NCBI GenBank assembly: GCA_049322275.1
Contig: JBMORH010000057.1
Coordinates: 1-32,000, forward strand
DNA length: 32,000 nucleotides
Direction of reading: 5' to 3'
DNA from: Thermodesulfobacteriota bacterium
GTDB taxonomy: Bacteria; Desulfobacterota; Desulfarculia; Desulfarculales; Desulfarculaceae
The notes beneath the pieces are model-generated. The model worked only from the letters and a program-made list of their open reading frames with translations, did not search any database and had not been told where the DNA came from. Positions 8,385-16,089 of this stretch are shown here, one piece after another. Every line of letters starts with the position of its first letter. Position 1 is the stretch's first letter. Made by a program: the position numbers and the translations under genes.

Positions 8385-9041
8385 TCAGGCTGGTCCGGGG
8401 CCGGGCTCCGGCGCCGCGTCCGGGGTCTCCGCCGCGGAGGCGGCCACGGGCGCGGTCAATTCCACGATGCGGGCCCAGAGCTGGTCGCGCCCCTGGCCGG
8501 TCAGGGCGGAAAAGGCCGTGGGATTGGCGTCATAGGGTTTGAGCGCCGATCTAAGCTTGGCCAGGCGGGCGGCGGCCTGGTTCTTGGAGAGCTTGTCCAC
8601 CTTGGTCACCGCCGCCAGGATGGGGATGTCGTAGGCCCTCAGCCACTCCAGCAGCAGGGCGTCATCGCCGGCCACCTCGCGGCGCACGTCCAGGATCACC
8701 ACCACCCCCCTGAGGGTGGGGCGCTGGGTCAAATAGCCCTCGATCATGGCCCGCCACTGGGCCTTGACCGCCAAGGGAACCTTGGCGAACCCGTAGCCCG
8801 GCAGGTCCACCAGGCGCAATTCGTCGTTGTTGACGCTGAAAAAGTTGATCTGCTGGGTGCAGCCGGGGCGGGAGGAGACCCGCACCAGCTTGCGCCGGCC
8901 GGTCAGGGCGTTGATGAGCGAGGACTTGCCCACGTTGGAGCGGCCGGCGAAGGCCACCTCCGGCGGGCCGGCGGGCGGGTGGCCCTTGCGGTCCACGGCG
9001 GTGGTGATGAAGCTGGCCTCGCGCAGGATCAAATCGCTCAC
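8385..9041 (-). CDS. engB: Ribosome-biogenesis GTPase EngB/YihA
   Basis: G1 motif FAGRSNVGKSSLINAL, then SSRPGCTQQINFF, DLPGYGF and TKVDKL (G4). The tracked ORF runs to 9203. EngB proteins normally have about 30 residues before G1, and the extra 54 codons are Arg/Pro-rich, so I place the start at GTG 9041 (VSDLILREASF...). No clear Shine-Dalgarno sequence is present, so the start remains uncertain. Confidence 0.85.
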   Translation of the reverse strand: MSDLILREASFITTAVDRKGHPPAGPPEVAFAGRSNVGKSSLINALTGRRKLVRVSSRPGCTQQINFFSVNNDELRLVDLPGYGFAKVPLAVKAQWRAMIEGYLTQRPTLRGVVVILDVRREVAGDDALLLEWLRAYDIPILAAVTKVDKLSKNQAAARLAKLRSALKPYDANPTAFSALTGQGRDQLWARIVELTAPVAASAAETPDAAPEPGPGPA

Positions 9042-9227
9042 CTGTGGGTTTTGGGCGTGCAGGTCATCATATCCGCGCCGGCCCGGCCGGGCAAGGGCGG
9101 TGCGGCGGGGGCGCGCCCCGGCTTTTCCTGGCCGCCTGGATGGGCCTATACTATAAGGATCATAACTGCGTCGGGGCCATGGGTCGCCGGCCAAATGATA
9201 CAATCGCCACGGGAATAATTACCTTAG

Positions 9228-9256
9228 TTGTTATTATGTTAAATTTATCACAAAAT
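9228..9256 (+). promoter_or_regulatory. Promoter candidate TTGTTA-17 nt-CAAAAT in an AT-rich island upstream of the metF-like/hdrA operon
   Basis: Hexamers at 9228-9233 and 9251-9256. A second candidate, TTGCGG-17-TAAGAA, lies at 9261-9289. Both sit in the only strongly AT-rich stretch (about 9190-9300) of the engB/metF-like divergent region. If used, the leader would be about 200-250 nt. Confidence 0.3.
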
Positions 9257-9515
9257 TTTCTTGCGGGCGGTATCAAGTGGCGGTAAGAAAGAAACACCGA
9301 AACTAGGCTGGGTCTCGGTTGCACAACGCCGGGCCGGCTAGCCAGGGGCGCAACGCCACGACCCCCAGGGCCGCGGGTTGCCTCACGCGGCACGTTAATC
9401 CCTATGAAGCCCGTCGGGGGCCAGGTTATCCCGCGGCTGGGAAGCCGCCACAGGGTTGCACGCTAAGCCAAGCACTACCGCGAGCGCGCGTTTCCGGTAG
9501 GGGAAGGATCACGGC

Positions 9516-10388
9516 ATGGCCTGGGCAGACAAGCTGAAGTCCAAGGAATTCGCCATCGTGGCCGAGATGGAGACCCCCAAGGGCGTGGACATCTCCGACT
9601 TTGTCGCCGCCGCCCGCCAGCTCAAGGGCCGGGTGGACGCGGTGCTGGTGCCGGACATGAGCTTCGCGGTCATGCGCCTTTCGGCCCTGGCCGGGGCGGT
9701 GGTGCTGAAGCAGCAGGGCCTGGAGCCCATTGTGCAGTTCTCCTGCCGCGACCGCAACCGGCTGGCCCTGCAGGCCGACCTGTTGGGCGCCCACGTGCTG
9801 GGCGTCTCCAGCGTCATGGCCGTGGAGGGCGAGGCGGTGGCCATGGGCGACCACCTGGACGCCAAGCCGGTGGCCGACCTGACCCCGGCCGGGTTCCTGG
9901 AGGCCGCCGCCACCCTGGCCAGCGGGGTGGACCTGGCCGGCCGCGAGCTCAAGGGCAAGCCCAAGTTCTGCCTGGGCGCGCGCATCGAGGCCTTCACCGA
10001 CGCCGCCTCCTGCGCCCTGCGCCTGGCCGAGGCCAAGGCGGCCGTGGCCAAGGGCGCGGCCTTCCTGGTGGCCCCGCCGGTCTTCGACCTCAAGGCCTTC
10101 GCCGGCTTCATGGACCAGGCCAAGGACCTGGGCGCGCCGGTCATCGCCACCACCCTGCTGCTCAAAAGCGTGGGCATGGCCCGCTATCTGAACCAGAACC
10201 TGCCGGGCATCAACATCAGCGACGCCACCATCGCCCGCATCCGGTCGGCCAGCGACCGGCCGGCCGAGTGCGTCAAGATCGCGGCCGAGACCATCGCGGC
10301 CCTCAAGGGGCTCTGCGCCGGGGCGCTGATCGTCACCGCCGGCTGGGAAGACCGCCTGCCGGCCATCCTGGACGCGGCCGGTTACTAG
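9516..10388 (+). CDS. Methylenetetrahydrofolate reductase-like protein (divergent MetF paralogue)
   Basis: 290 aa, with GGGGAAGGA upstream of the ATG. Clearly paralogous to the MetF at 14615-15544: shared GLEP..Q..CRDRNRLA[LM]QAD[LI]LGA core and TIM-barrel-length protein. It differs at two conserved MTHFR motifs (see findings). Confidence 0.85.
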   Translation: MAWADKLKSKEFAIVAEMETPKGVDISDFVAAARQLKGRVDAVLVPDMSFAVMRLSALAGAVVLKQQGLEPIVQFSCRDRNRLALQADLLGAHVLGVSSVMAVEGEAVAMGDHLDAKPVADLTPAGFLEAAATLASGVDLAGRELKGKPKFCLGARIEAFTDAASCALRLAEAKAAVAKGAAFLVAPPVFDLKAFAGFMDQAKDLGAPVIATTLLLKSVGMARYLNQNLPGINISDATIARIRSASDRPAECVKIAAETIAALKGLCAGALIVTAGWEDRLPAILDAAGY

Positions 10389-10431
10389 GGCCGGTCTTAG
10401 GATTACACCGTAAGCTTAAGGGGTTATGCCC

Positions 10432-13400
10432 ATGTCTGATAGTGACGCCACGGCCCGCAGCAACGCCGTCCTGGTCCTGGGCGGCGGCATCGCGGGCATC
10501 AAGGCCTCCCTGGATCTGGCCGAGGCCGGCCGCCGGGTCTACCTGGTGGACAAAAAACCGGCCCTGGGCGGGTTCCTGCCCTTCCTGGACCGCCAGTTCC
10601 CCACCAACGACTGCAACATCTGCCTGGTGACGCCCGACCTGGCCAAGGCCGGCGCGCCGCTGGACATCCAGTCCCTGCCGCTCACCCGCCTGGAGGCGCT
10701 GACCGGCGAGGCCGGCGATTTCAGCGCGCTGCTCATCAGCGAGCCCCGCTGCATCGACCTGAACAAGTGCAACGCCTGCGGCGCCTGCCTGGCGGCCTGC
10801 CCGGAAGGCGCGGTGCGCTTCACCCCCGGCCTGGACCACGGCTCGCCCACCTGCCTGCGCTATCCCCAGGCGGTGCCCACCGCGTTTTCCATCGACCTGG
10901 CCAAGTGCACCCGCTGCGGCAAGTGCCTGGAGGTCTGCGAGCCGAACGCCATCGACCTGGACATGGCCCCCAGGAGCCAGAGCGTGAACGTGGGCTCGGT
11001 GATCGTGGCCAGCGGGGCCGAGCTTTTCGACCCCACCTCCATGCAGGAGTGGTACGGCTACGGCAAGTTCCCGGACGTGGTCACCAGCCTGGAGTTCGAG
11101 CAGATCATGAGCGCCGCCGGCCCCACCGGCGGGCAGTTCATGCGCCCCAGCGACGGCCGCCGGCCCAAGCGCATCGGCTGGATCCAGTGCGTGGGCAGCC
11201 GCTCCACCAAGGCCCCGGCCAAGCCCTACTGCTCCTCCATCTGCTGCATGTTCGCCATGAAGGAGGCGGTCTGGGCCAAGGAGCACTACGCCCAGGACCT
11301 GGACGCCACCGTCTTCTTCATGGACATGCGCCCCATGGGCAAGGACTACGAGCAGTACTACCAGCGGGTCAAGAACGAGCTGGGGGTCAACTTCGTGCGC
11401 TGCCGGCCCCACACCGTGGGCCGCGACGCCGAGACCGGCGACATGCTGCTGGAATACGCCAGCGAGGAGGGCCTGTCCCAGGTGGCCCACCTGGACCTGG
11501 TGGTCCTGGCCACCGGCTTCTGCGCGCCGAACGACGCCGCCGACCAGGCCAAGGCCCTGGGCATCGAGCTGGACCCCTATTCCTTCGTGGCCGCGGCCGA
11601 TTTCGACCCCTTGGCCGCCAGCCGCCCCGGCGTCTACGCCTGCGGCATGGCCCTGGGCCCCAAGGACATCCCCGACTCCCTGGTCCAGGCCGCCGGCGCG
11701 GCCTGCCTGGCCAGCGCCAACCTGGCCCCGGCCAGTGCGCTGATGAACGAGGACGACCTGCCGCCGGAGATGGAATACCGCGGCCAGGACGCCCGCGTGG
11801 GCGTGTTCTTCGCCGACTGGTCGGGCCGGGTGGGCAAGGCCGTGGACCTGAAGCTGGTCATGGCGGCCGCCGCCAACCTGCCCGGCGTGGTCCACGTGGA
11901 CCAGATCGTCATCAGCGGCGGGCGCGAGGGCCTGGACCGGCTGGTGGCCACCATCAAGGAGCAAAAGCTGAACCGGGTGGTGGTGGCCGGCTACAGCCCC
12001 CGCACCCACGGCAAGCTTTTTGCCGAGACCGTGCGCCGGGCCGGGCTGAACCGGGCCATGGTGGAGCTGGCCAACATCCGCGACCAGGTGGCCCTGGTCC
12101 ACGCCGACGACCCGGCCAAGGCCACGGCCAAGGCCCTGGAGCTGGTGCGCATGGCCGTGGCCGGGGTGCTGTTGGCCCAGCCGGTCTTCAGCCACAGCCA
12201 GCCCATGGGCAAGGCCGCCCTGGTGGTGGGCGGCGGCGTGGCCGGCATGACCGCCGCCCTGGCCCTGGCCAAGCAGGGCATCAAGGTGCACCTGGTGGAG
12301 CGGGCCAAGGAGCTGGGCGGCCTGGCGCTGAAGCTCAAGCGCACCCTGGACGGCCAGCCGCTGATCCAGCAGGTGCGCGACCTGGTGGCCGAGGTCAAGG
12401 CCCACCCCGGCATCAGCGTCATCACCGACGCCCTGGTGGTGGACCACGAGGGCCAGGTGGGCGCCTTCCGCACCGGCGTGCAGTCCGGCCCCTCGATGTA
12501 CTACCAGAAGATCGAGCACGGCGTGACCGTGCTGGCCACCGGCGCGCGCGAATACCGGCCCAAGGAATACCTCTACGGCCAGGACCCGCGCGTCCTGACC
12601 CAGTTGGAGCTTGAGGAGCTGCTGGCCAAGGGCGACGGCGGCGACGACCGCCTGGCCAGCGTGGTCATGATCCAGTGCGTGGGCAGCCGCAACGCCGACA
12701 ACCCCGCCTGCGGGCGCATCTGCTGCCAGAACGCGGTCAAGAACGCGCTGTGGGTCAAGGACCTGAAGCCCGAAGCCCAGGTCATCGTGCTCTACCGCGA
12801 CATGCGCACCCCCTACCGGGCCGAGGACGCCTATCGCGAGGCGCGCGAAAAGGGCGTGCTGTTCGTGCGCTTCAGCGAGGACGACCCGCCCATCGTCACC
12901 CGCCAGGGCGACGAGCTGCTGGTCTCCTTCACCGACAAGGTGCTGGGCCGTCGCCTGGCCTACGCCCCCAACGCCCTGGTGCTGAGCACCCCCCAGATCG
13001 CCGACGACGAGGCCATGGAGGAGCTCTGCCAGATCTTCAAGCTCCAGCAGACCGACACCGGCTTCCTCCTGGAGGAGAACGTCAAGGTGCGCCCGGTGGA
13101 CACCCCGGCCCCCGGCGTCTTCGCCGCCGGCTCCATCCTGGCCCCCAAGTCCATCGCCGAGAGCCGCGCCCAGGGCCTGGCCGCGGCCGGCCGCGCCCTG
13201 ACCCTGTTGGCCCAGCAGAGCCTGAACGTCTCCGGCGCGGTGGCCAAGGTGATCCCGGAGCGCTGCGCGGCCTGCCTGGTCTGCGTGCGGGCCTGCCCGG
13301 CTTCGGTGCCCTTCATCAACGCCGACGGCTACAGCCAGATCGACCCGGCCAAGTGCCAGGGCTGCGGGGTCTGCGCGGCCGAATGCCCGGCCAAGGCCAT

Positions 13401-13470
13401 CCAACTGGCCGGCTTTTCCGACGACCAGATACTGGGCCGCACCGACGCCCTTTTGGAAGGAGTGCTGTAA
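10432..13470 (+). CDS. hdrA: HdrA-like flavoprotein/polyferredoxin: tandem fusion of two HdrA-type FAD modules with 2 x [2x4Fe-4S] ferredoxin domains
   Basis: - Two dinucleotide-binding motifs: VLVLGGGIAGIKASLDLAEAG and ALVVGGGVAGMTAALALAKQG.
- Two HdrA signature segments: IQCVGSRS...YCSSICCMFAMKEA and IQCVGSRNADNPACGRICCQNAVKNA.
- Four CxxCxxCxxxCP ferredoxin motifs.

The start is set at ATG 10432 (MSD...), 8 nt after AAGGGG. The tracked ATG at 10426 is only 2 nt from that Shine-Dalgarno sequence. Confidence 0.9.
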   Translation: MSDSDATARSNAVLVLGGGIAGIKASLDLAEAGRRVYLVDKKPALGGFLPFLDRQFPTNDCNICLVTPDLAKAGAPLDIQSLPLTRLEALTGEAGDFSALLISEPRCIDLNKCNACGACLAACPEGAVRFTPGLDHGSPTCLRYPQAVPTAFSIDLAKCTRCGKCLEVCEPNAIDLDMAPRSQSVNVGSVIVASGAELFDPTSMQEWYGYGKFPDVVTSLEFEQIMSAAGPTGGQFMRPSDGRRPKRIGWIQCVGSRSTKAPAKPYCSSICCMFAMKEAVWAKEHYAQDLDATVFFMDMRPMGKDYEQYYQRVKNELGVNFVRCRPHTVGRDAETGDMLLEYASEEGLSQVAHLDLVVLATGFCAPNDAADQAKALGIELDPYSFVAAADFDPLAASRPGVYACGMALGPKDIPDSLVQAAGAACLASANLAPASALMNEDDLPPEMEYRGQDARVGVFFADWSGRVGKAVDLKLVMAAAANLPGVVHVDQIVISGGREGLDRLVATIKEQKLNRVVVAGYSPRTHGKLFAETVRRAGLNRAMVELANIRDQVALVHADDPAKATAKALELVRMAVAGVLLAQPVFSHSQPMGKAALVVGGGVAGMTAALALAKQGIKVHLVERAKELGGLALKLKRTLDGQPLIQQVRDLVAEVKAHPGISVITDALVVDHEGQVGAFRTGVQSGPSMYYQKIEHGVTVLATGAREYRPKEYLYGQDPRVLTQLELEELLAKGDGGDDRLASVVMIQCVGSRNADNPACGRICCQNAVKNALWVKDLKPEAQVIVLYRDMRTPYRAEDAYREAREKGVLFVRFSEDDPPIVTRQGDELLVSFTDKVLGRRLAYAPNALVLSTPQIADDEAMEELCQIFKLQQTDTGFLLEENVKVRPVDTPAPGVFAAGSILAPKSIAESRAQGLAAAGRALTLLAQQSLNVSGAVAKVIPERCAACLVCVRACPASVPFINADGYSQIDPAKCQGCGVCAAECPAKAIQLAGFSDDQILGRTDALLEGVL

Positions 13471-13901
13471 TGAGCGCCTTCGAGCCCGTCATCGTGGCCT
13501 TCGCCTGCGAATACTGCGCCTACACGGCGGCCGACATGGCCGGCAGCCTGGGCCTGGGCTATCCGGCCAACGTCAAGATCGTGCGGGTGCCCTGCACCGG
13601 CAAGGTGGACAGCCTGCACCTGATGCGCGCGCTGCAAAAAGGGGCCGACGGGGTGCTGGTGGCCGGCTGCTATCTGGGCGACTGCCACTACAAGAGCGGC
13701 AACCTGCGCGCCAAGAAGCGGGTGGAGTACGTGCAGGGCCTGCTCAACGAGATCGGCGTCGGCGGCCAGCGGGTGGACATGGTCTTCATGAGCGCCGGCC
13801 AGGGCAACGTCTTCGCCCGCGCCGCCAGCGATTTCACCGAGAAGATCCGCGCCCTGGGGCCCAACCCGGTTCGGGAGGGGGCCAGGAAGGCCGCGGCCTG
13901 A
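13470..13901 (+). CDS. mvhD: MvhD-like [2Fe-2S] protein (methyl-viologen-reducing hydrogenase delta subunit family)
   Basis: 143 aa, MSAFEPVIVAFACEYCAYTAADMAG...VRVPCTGKVD...GADGVLVAGCYLGDCHYKSGN. The start overlaps the hdrA stop (TAATG at 13468-13472), with GGAAGGAG upstream. In the ORF track it is hidden inside the 12675..13901 alternative-frame ORF. Confidence 0.9.
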   Translation: MSAFEPVIVAFACEYCAYTAADMAGSLGLGYPANVKIVRVPCTGKVDSLHLMRALQKGADGVLVAGCYLGDCHYKSGNLRAKKRVEYVQGLLNEIGVGGQRVDMVFMSAGQGNVFARAASDFTEKIRALGPNPVREGARKAAA

Positions 13902-13949
13902 TTCGGCCTCCGGCTTGGGCCGGAAGGTCCTGGGAAGGGATGACAAGGC

Positions 13950-14618
13950 ATGATAACAGCCGTCCGTAAACCCCTGGAAGAGATCATGGGCTATGCGGCG
14001 CCGCTCAACCGCGTGCTGCTCTTGGGGTGCAACGAGTGCGTCACCGTCTGCTACGCCGGCGGGCGCAAGGAAGTGGGCATCCTGGCCTCGGCCCTGTCCA
14101 TGGCCTTTTTGAAGGAAGGCAAGAAGCTGGACATCACCGAGCACACCCTGGAGCGCCAGTGCGATCCGGAGTACGTGGAGGAGATCGCCCAGACCATAGA
14201 CCAGTATGACGCGGTCTTCTCCATGGCCTGCGGCTGCGGGGTGCAGACCGTGGCCGGCCGCTACAAGGACAAGCCGGTCTACCCTATGGTCAACACCATG
14301 TTCATGGGCGCCAGCGAGCGCCAGGGCGTCTGGGCCGAGCGCTGCGCCGGCTGCGGCGACTGCGTGCTGGCCTTCACCGGCGGCATCTGCCCGGTGGCCC
14401 GGTGTAGTAAGCGCATCTTCAACGGGCCCTGCGGCGGCTCCACCAAGGGCAAGTGCGAGATCGACGCCAGCGTCGACTGCGCCTGGCAGCTTATCTGGGA
14501 TCGGCTGAAGGCCCTGGGCCGCACCGACCTGTACACCCAGATCATGCCGGCCAAGGACTGGCGCAGCGCCAAGGACGGCGGCCCCCGTCGCATCGTGAGG
14601 GAGGACCTTCTGTCATGA
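13950..14618 (+). CDS. metV: MetV (small Cys-rich subunit of MetFV-type methylene-THF reductase; MTHFR_C-like domain)
   Basis: 222 aa. Cys clusters LLGCNECVTVCYAGG, FSMACGCG, CAGCGDCVLAFTGGICPVARCSKRIFNGPCGG and KCEIDASVDCAW are typical of MetV. It lies immediately upstream of metF and is translationally coupled to it. Confidence 0.85.
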   Translation: MITAVRKPLEEIMGYAAPLNRVLLLGCNECVTVCYAGGRKEVGILASALSMAFLKEGKKLDITEHTLERQCDPEYVEEIAQTIDQYDAVFSMACGCGVQTVAGRYKDKPVYPMVNTMFMGASERQGVWAERCAGCGDCVLAFTGGICPVARCSKRIFNGPCGGSTKGKCEIDASVDCAWQLIWDRLKALGRTDLYTQIMPAKDWRSAKDGGPRRIVREDLLS

Positions 14619-15544
14619 GCACCACCCAGAGCAATCTCCAGAAAGTGCTTGAGGCCGGTCATTTCGCCGCCACCGGCGAGGTTGGCCCGCCCCGCGGGGC
14701 CGATCCCGAAGCGGTGCGCAAGAAGGCCGGCCACCTGGTGGGCAAGGTCGACGCGGTCAACATCACCGACAACCAGACCGCCATGGTGCGCATGAGCTCC
14801 TGGGCCGCCAGCCTGATCTGCAAGCAGATGGGCCTGGAGCCCAACTACCAGATGGTCTGCCGCGACCGCAACCGCCTGGCCATGCAGGCCGACATCCTGG
14901 GGGCCTACGCCCTGGGCATCAACACCATGCTCTCGCTCTCCGGCGATCACACCCGTTTCGGCGACCACCCCATGGCCGCCAACGTGCACGACATCGACAG
15001 CATCCAGCTCATCGCCATGATCCGCACCATGTGCGACCAGGGGCGCTTCCAGGGCGGGGCCGAGATCAGCTGCCCGCCCAAGATGTTCGTGGGCGCGGCG
15101 GCCAACCCCTTCGGCGACCCCCAGGAGCTGCGGGTGCTGCGCCTGGCCAAGAAGATCGCGGCCGGGGCCCAGTTCATCCAGACCCAGTGCATCTACGACA
15201 TGAAGCGCTTCAAGGAGTTCATGCACGAGGCCCACGACATGGGGTTGACCGAGAAGTGCTACATCCTGGCCGGCGTGACCCCGCTGAAAAGCGGCGGCAT
15301 GGCCAAGTACATGGCCACCAAGGTGCCGGGCATGACCGTGCCCGATGAGATCGTCAAGCGCATCGCCGGCGCGCCCAAGGAGGCCCAGGCCGAGGAGGGC
15401 ATCAAGCTGTGCATCGAGCAGATCGCCCAGATGCGCGAGATTCCCGGCGTGGCCGGCATCCACCTGATGGCCATCGAATGGGAGCACCGCGCGCCGGAGA
15501 TCTTAGAGAGGGCTGGCCTGTTGCCGCGTCCGGTCGTACAATAG
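14615..15544 (+). CDS. metF: Methylenetetrahydrofolate reductase MetF (acetogen/anaerobe type)
   Basis: 309 aa, starting MSTTQSNLQKVLE. The ATG overlaps the metV stop (ATGA at 14615-18), with GAGGGAGGA upstream. It conserves the MTHFR motifs LSLSGD (E. coli ALRGD equivalent) and FIQTQCIYD (E. coli AITQFFFD equivalent). The tracked ORF 14453..15544 starts too early. Confidence 0.9.
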   Translation: MSTTQSNLQKVLEAGHFAATGEVGPPRGADPEAVRKKAGHLVGKVDAVNITDNQTAMVRMSSWAASLICKQMGLEPNYQMVCRDRNRLAMQADILGAYALGINTMLSLSGDHTRFGDHPMAANVHDIDSIQLIAMIRTMCDQGRFQGGAEISCPPKMFVGAAANPFGDPQELRVLRLAKKIAAGAQFIQTQCIYDMKRFKEFMHEAHDMGLTEKCYILAGVTPLKSGGMAKYMATKVPGMTVPDEIVKRIAGAPKEAQAEEGIKLCIEQIAQMREIPGVAGIHLMAIEWEHRAPEILERAGLLPRPVVQ

Positions 15545-15692
15545 GGAGTCTTGCCCCGTCGCCGCGGCCGGCCCGCGCCGCCCACCGCGACCGCTAAGAA
15601 CCTCCCGCGCCCGTTCACCGCGGGCCGGCCGGCGGCGGCGACATTCCCTAACCCCTTTGGGCCAGAGCGCTTAAGTCTTAAGGAGTACGGCA

Positions 15693-16076
15693 ATGTCCGA
15701 GAAGTATGTCCTGATCGTGGACGACGACCCCGATTTGGTGGAGGCCGTGGCCATGAACCTGGCCGCCAAGGGCTTCGCGGTGGGCAAGGCCTATGACGGC
15801 GTGGAGGCGTGGGATTCCATCAAGAGCCGCCGGCCGGACCTGATCGTGCTGGACGTCATGATGCCGCGCAAGGACGGCTATCAGGTCTGCGACGAGCTGA
15901 AGAAAGACCCGGCCTGGAAGGACATTCCGGTCATCATGCTCACCGCGGTGGGCGCGGCGGTGCCCAACACCACCTACAGCCACCAGGAAGGCATGAAGCT
16001 CCTTGCCGACGACTACATCGCCAAGCCGGTGGACCTGGACAAACTGGCCGGCATGGTCAAGGAGTTCCTGGGCTAG
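15693..16076 (+). CDS. Single-domain response regulator (CheY-like receiver)
   Basis: 127 aa. Acidic pocket VDDD, phospho-acceptor context LIVLDVMMP, then LTAVG and AKPVD. AAGGAG lies 8 nt upstream of the ATG. Confidence 0.92.
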   Translation: MSEKYVLIVDDDPDLVEAVAMNLAAKGFAVGKAYDGVEAWDSIKSRRPDLIVLDVMMPRKDGYQVCDELKKDPAWKDIPVIMLTAVGAAVPNTTYSHQEGMKLLADDYIAKPVDLDKLAGMVKEFLG

Positions 16077-16089
16077 TCCGAGCCGGCCC

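Noticed and set aside
9103-9128. Plus-strand GGGGCGCGCCCC palindrome followed by GGCTTTTCC, which looks like a terminator
   Set aside because: It lies in or next to the uncertain engB 5' region, with no plus-strand gene upstream. The effective stem is about 4 bp once a loop is allowed. Such GC palindromes are frequent by chance at this base composition.
9042-9203. N-terminal extensions offered by the ORF track:
- engB to 9203
- fadD-like gene to 2034
- LolA-like gene to 4450
- usp from 20282
- metF from 14453
- ACT protein from 16003
- hdrA from 10426
   Set aside because: The extensions are Pro/Arg/Gly-rich, overlap upstream genes or lack Shine-Dalgarno sequences. The internal starts give canonical family N-termini or signal peptides, with Shine-Dalgarno sequences at proper spacing. 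The engB start remains the least certain.
9308-9323. Sigma54 promoter-like CTGGGTCTCGGTTGCA upstream of the metF-like gene
   Set aside because: The GG-to-GC spacing is one nucleotide short of the strict TGGCAC-N5-TTGC geometry, and the -24 element is TGGGTC rather than TGGCAC. The second GGTTGCAC at 9454 has no GG element at the right distance.
9300-9515. Known riboswitch (SAM-I, SAM-II, cobalamin, THF) in the leader of the metF-like/hdrA operon
   Set aside because: I compared both strands by eye with the conserved cores I remember.
- The cobalamin B12-box region is only loosely matched by GCCAGGTTATCCCGC and GCCACAG.
- The SAM-I GAGGGA...GCAACC arrangement is absent.
- The element order is wrong for cobalamin.

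A covariance-model scan is needed, and I make no call.
10333-13404. Other very long ORFs in alternative frames or on the antisense strand:
- 10333..13404 (-)
- 5669..8206 (-)
- 16057..18018 (-)
- 2103..4130 (-)
- 2099..3289 (+)
- 191..1810 (-)
- 208..1896 (+)
- 10767..12614 (+)
- 21257..23644 (+) upstream part
- 18597..20243 (-)
- 28991..30271 (-)
   Set aside because: All overlap genes with unambiguous family motifs in another frame or strand. Their translations are dominated by Arg/Gly/Pro/Ala/His runs with no recognisable domains. Stop codons are simply rare in this GC-rich DNA.
10432-13901. Selenocysteine recoding in HdrA or MvhD, as occurs in some sulfate reducers and methanogens
   Set aside because: Both reading frames are uninterrupted, and the positions expected to be Cys/Sec are encoded by TGC/TGT. 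There is no in-frame TGA.
15618-15638. Hairpin CCCGCG-N9-CGCGGG between metF and the receiver gene, as a possible operon terminator
   Set aside because: No U-run follows and the stem is only 6 bp. It is not sufficient to call a terminator, so co-transcription of the two operons is left open.
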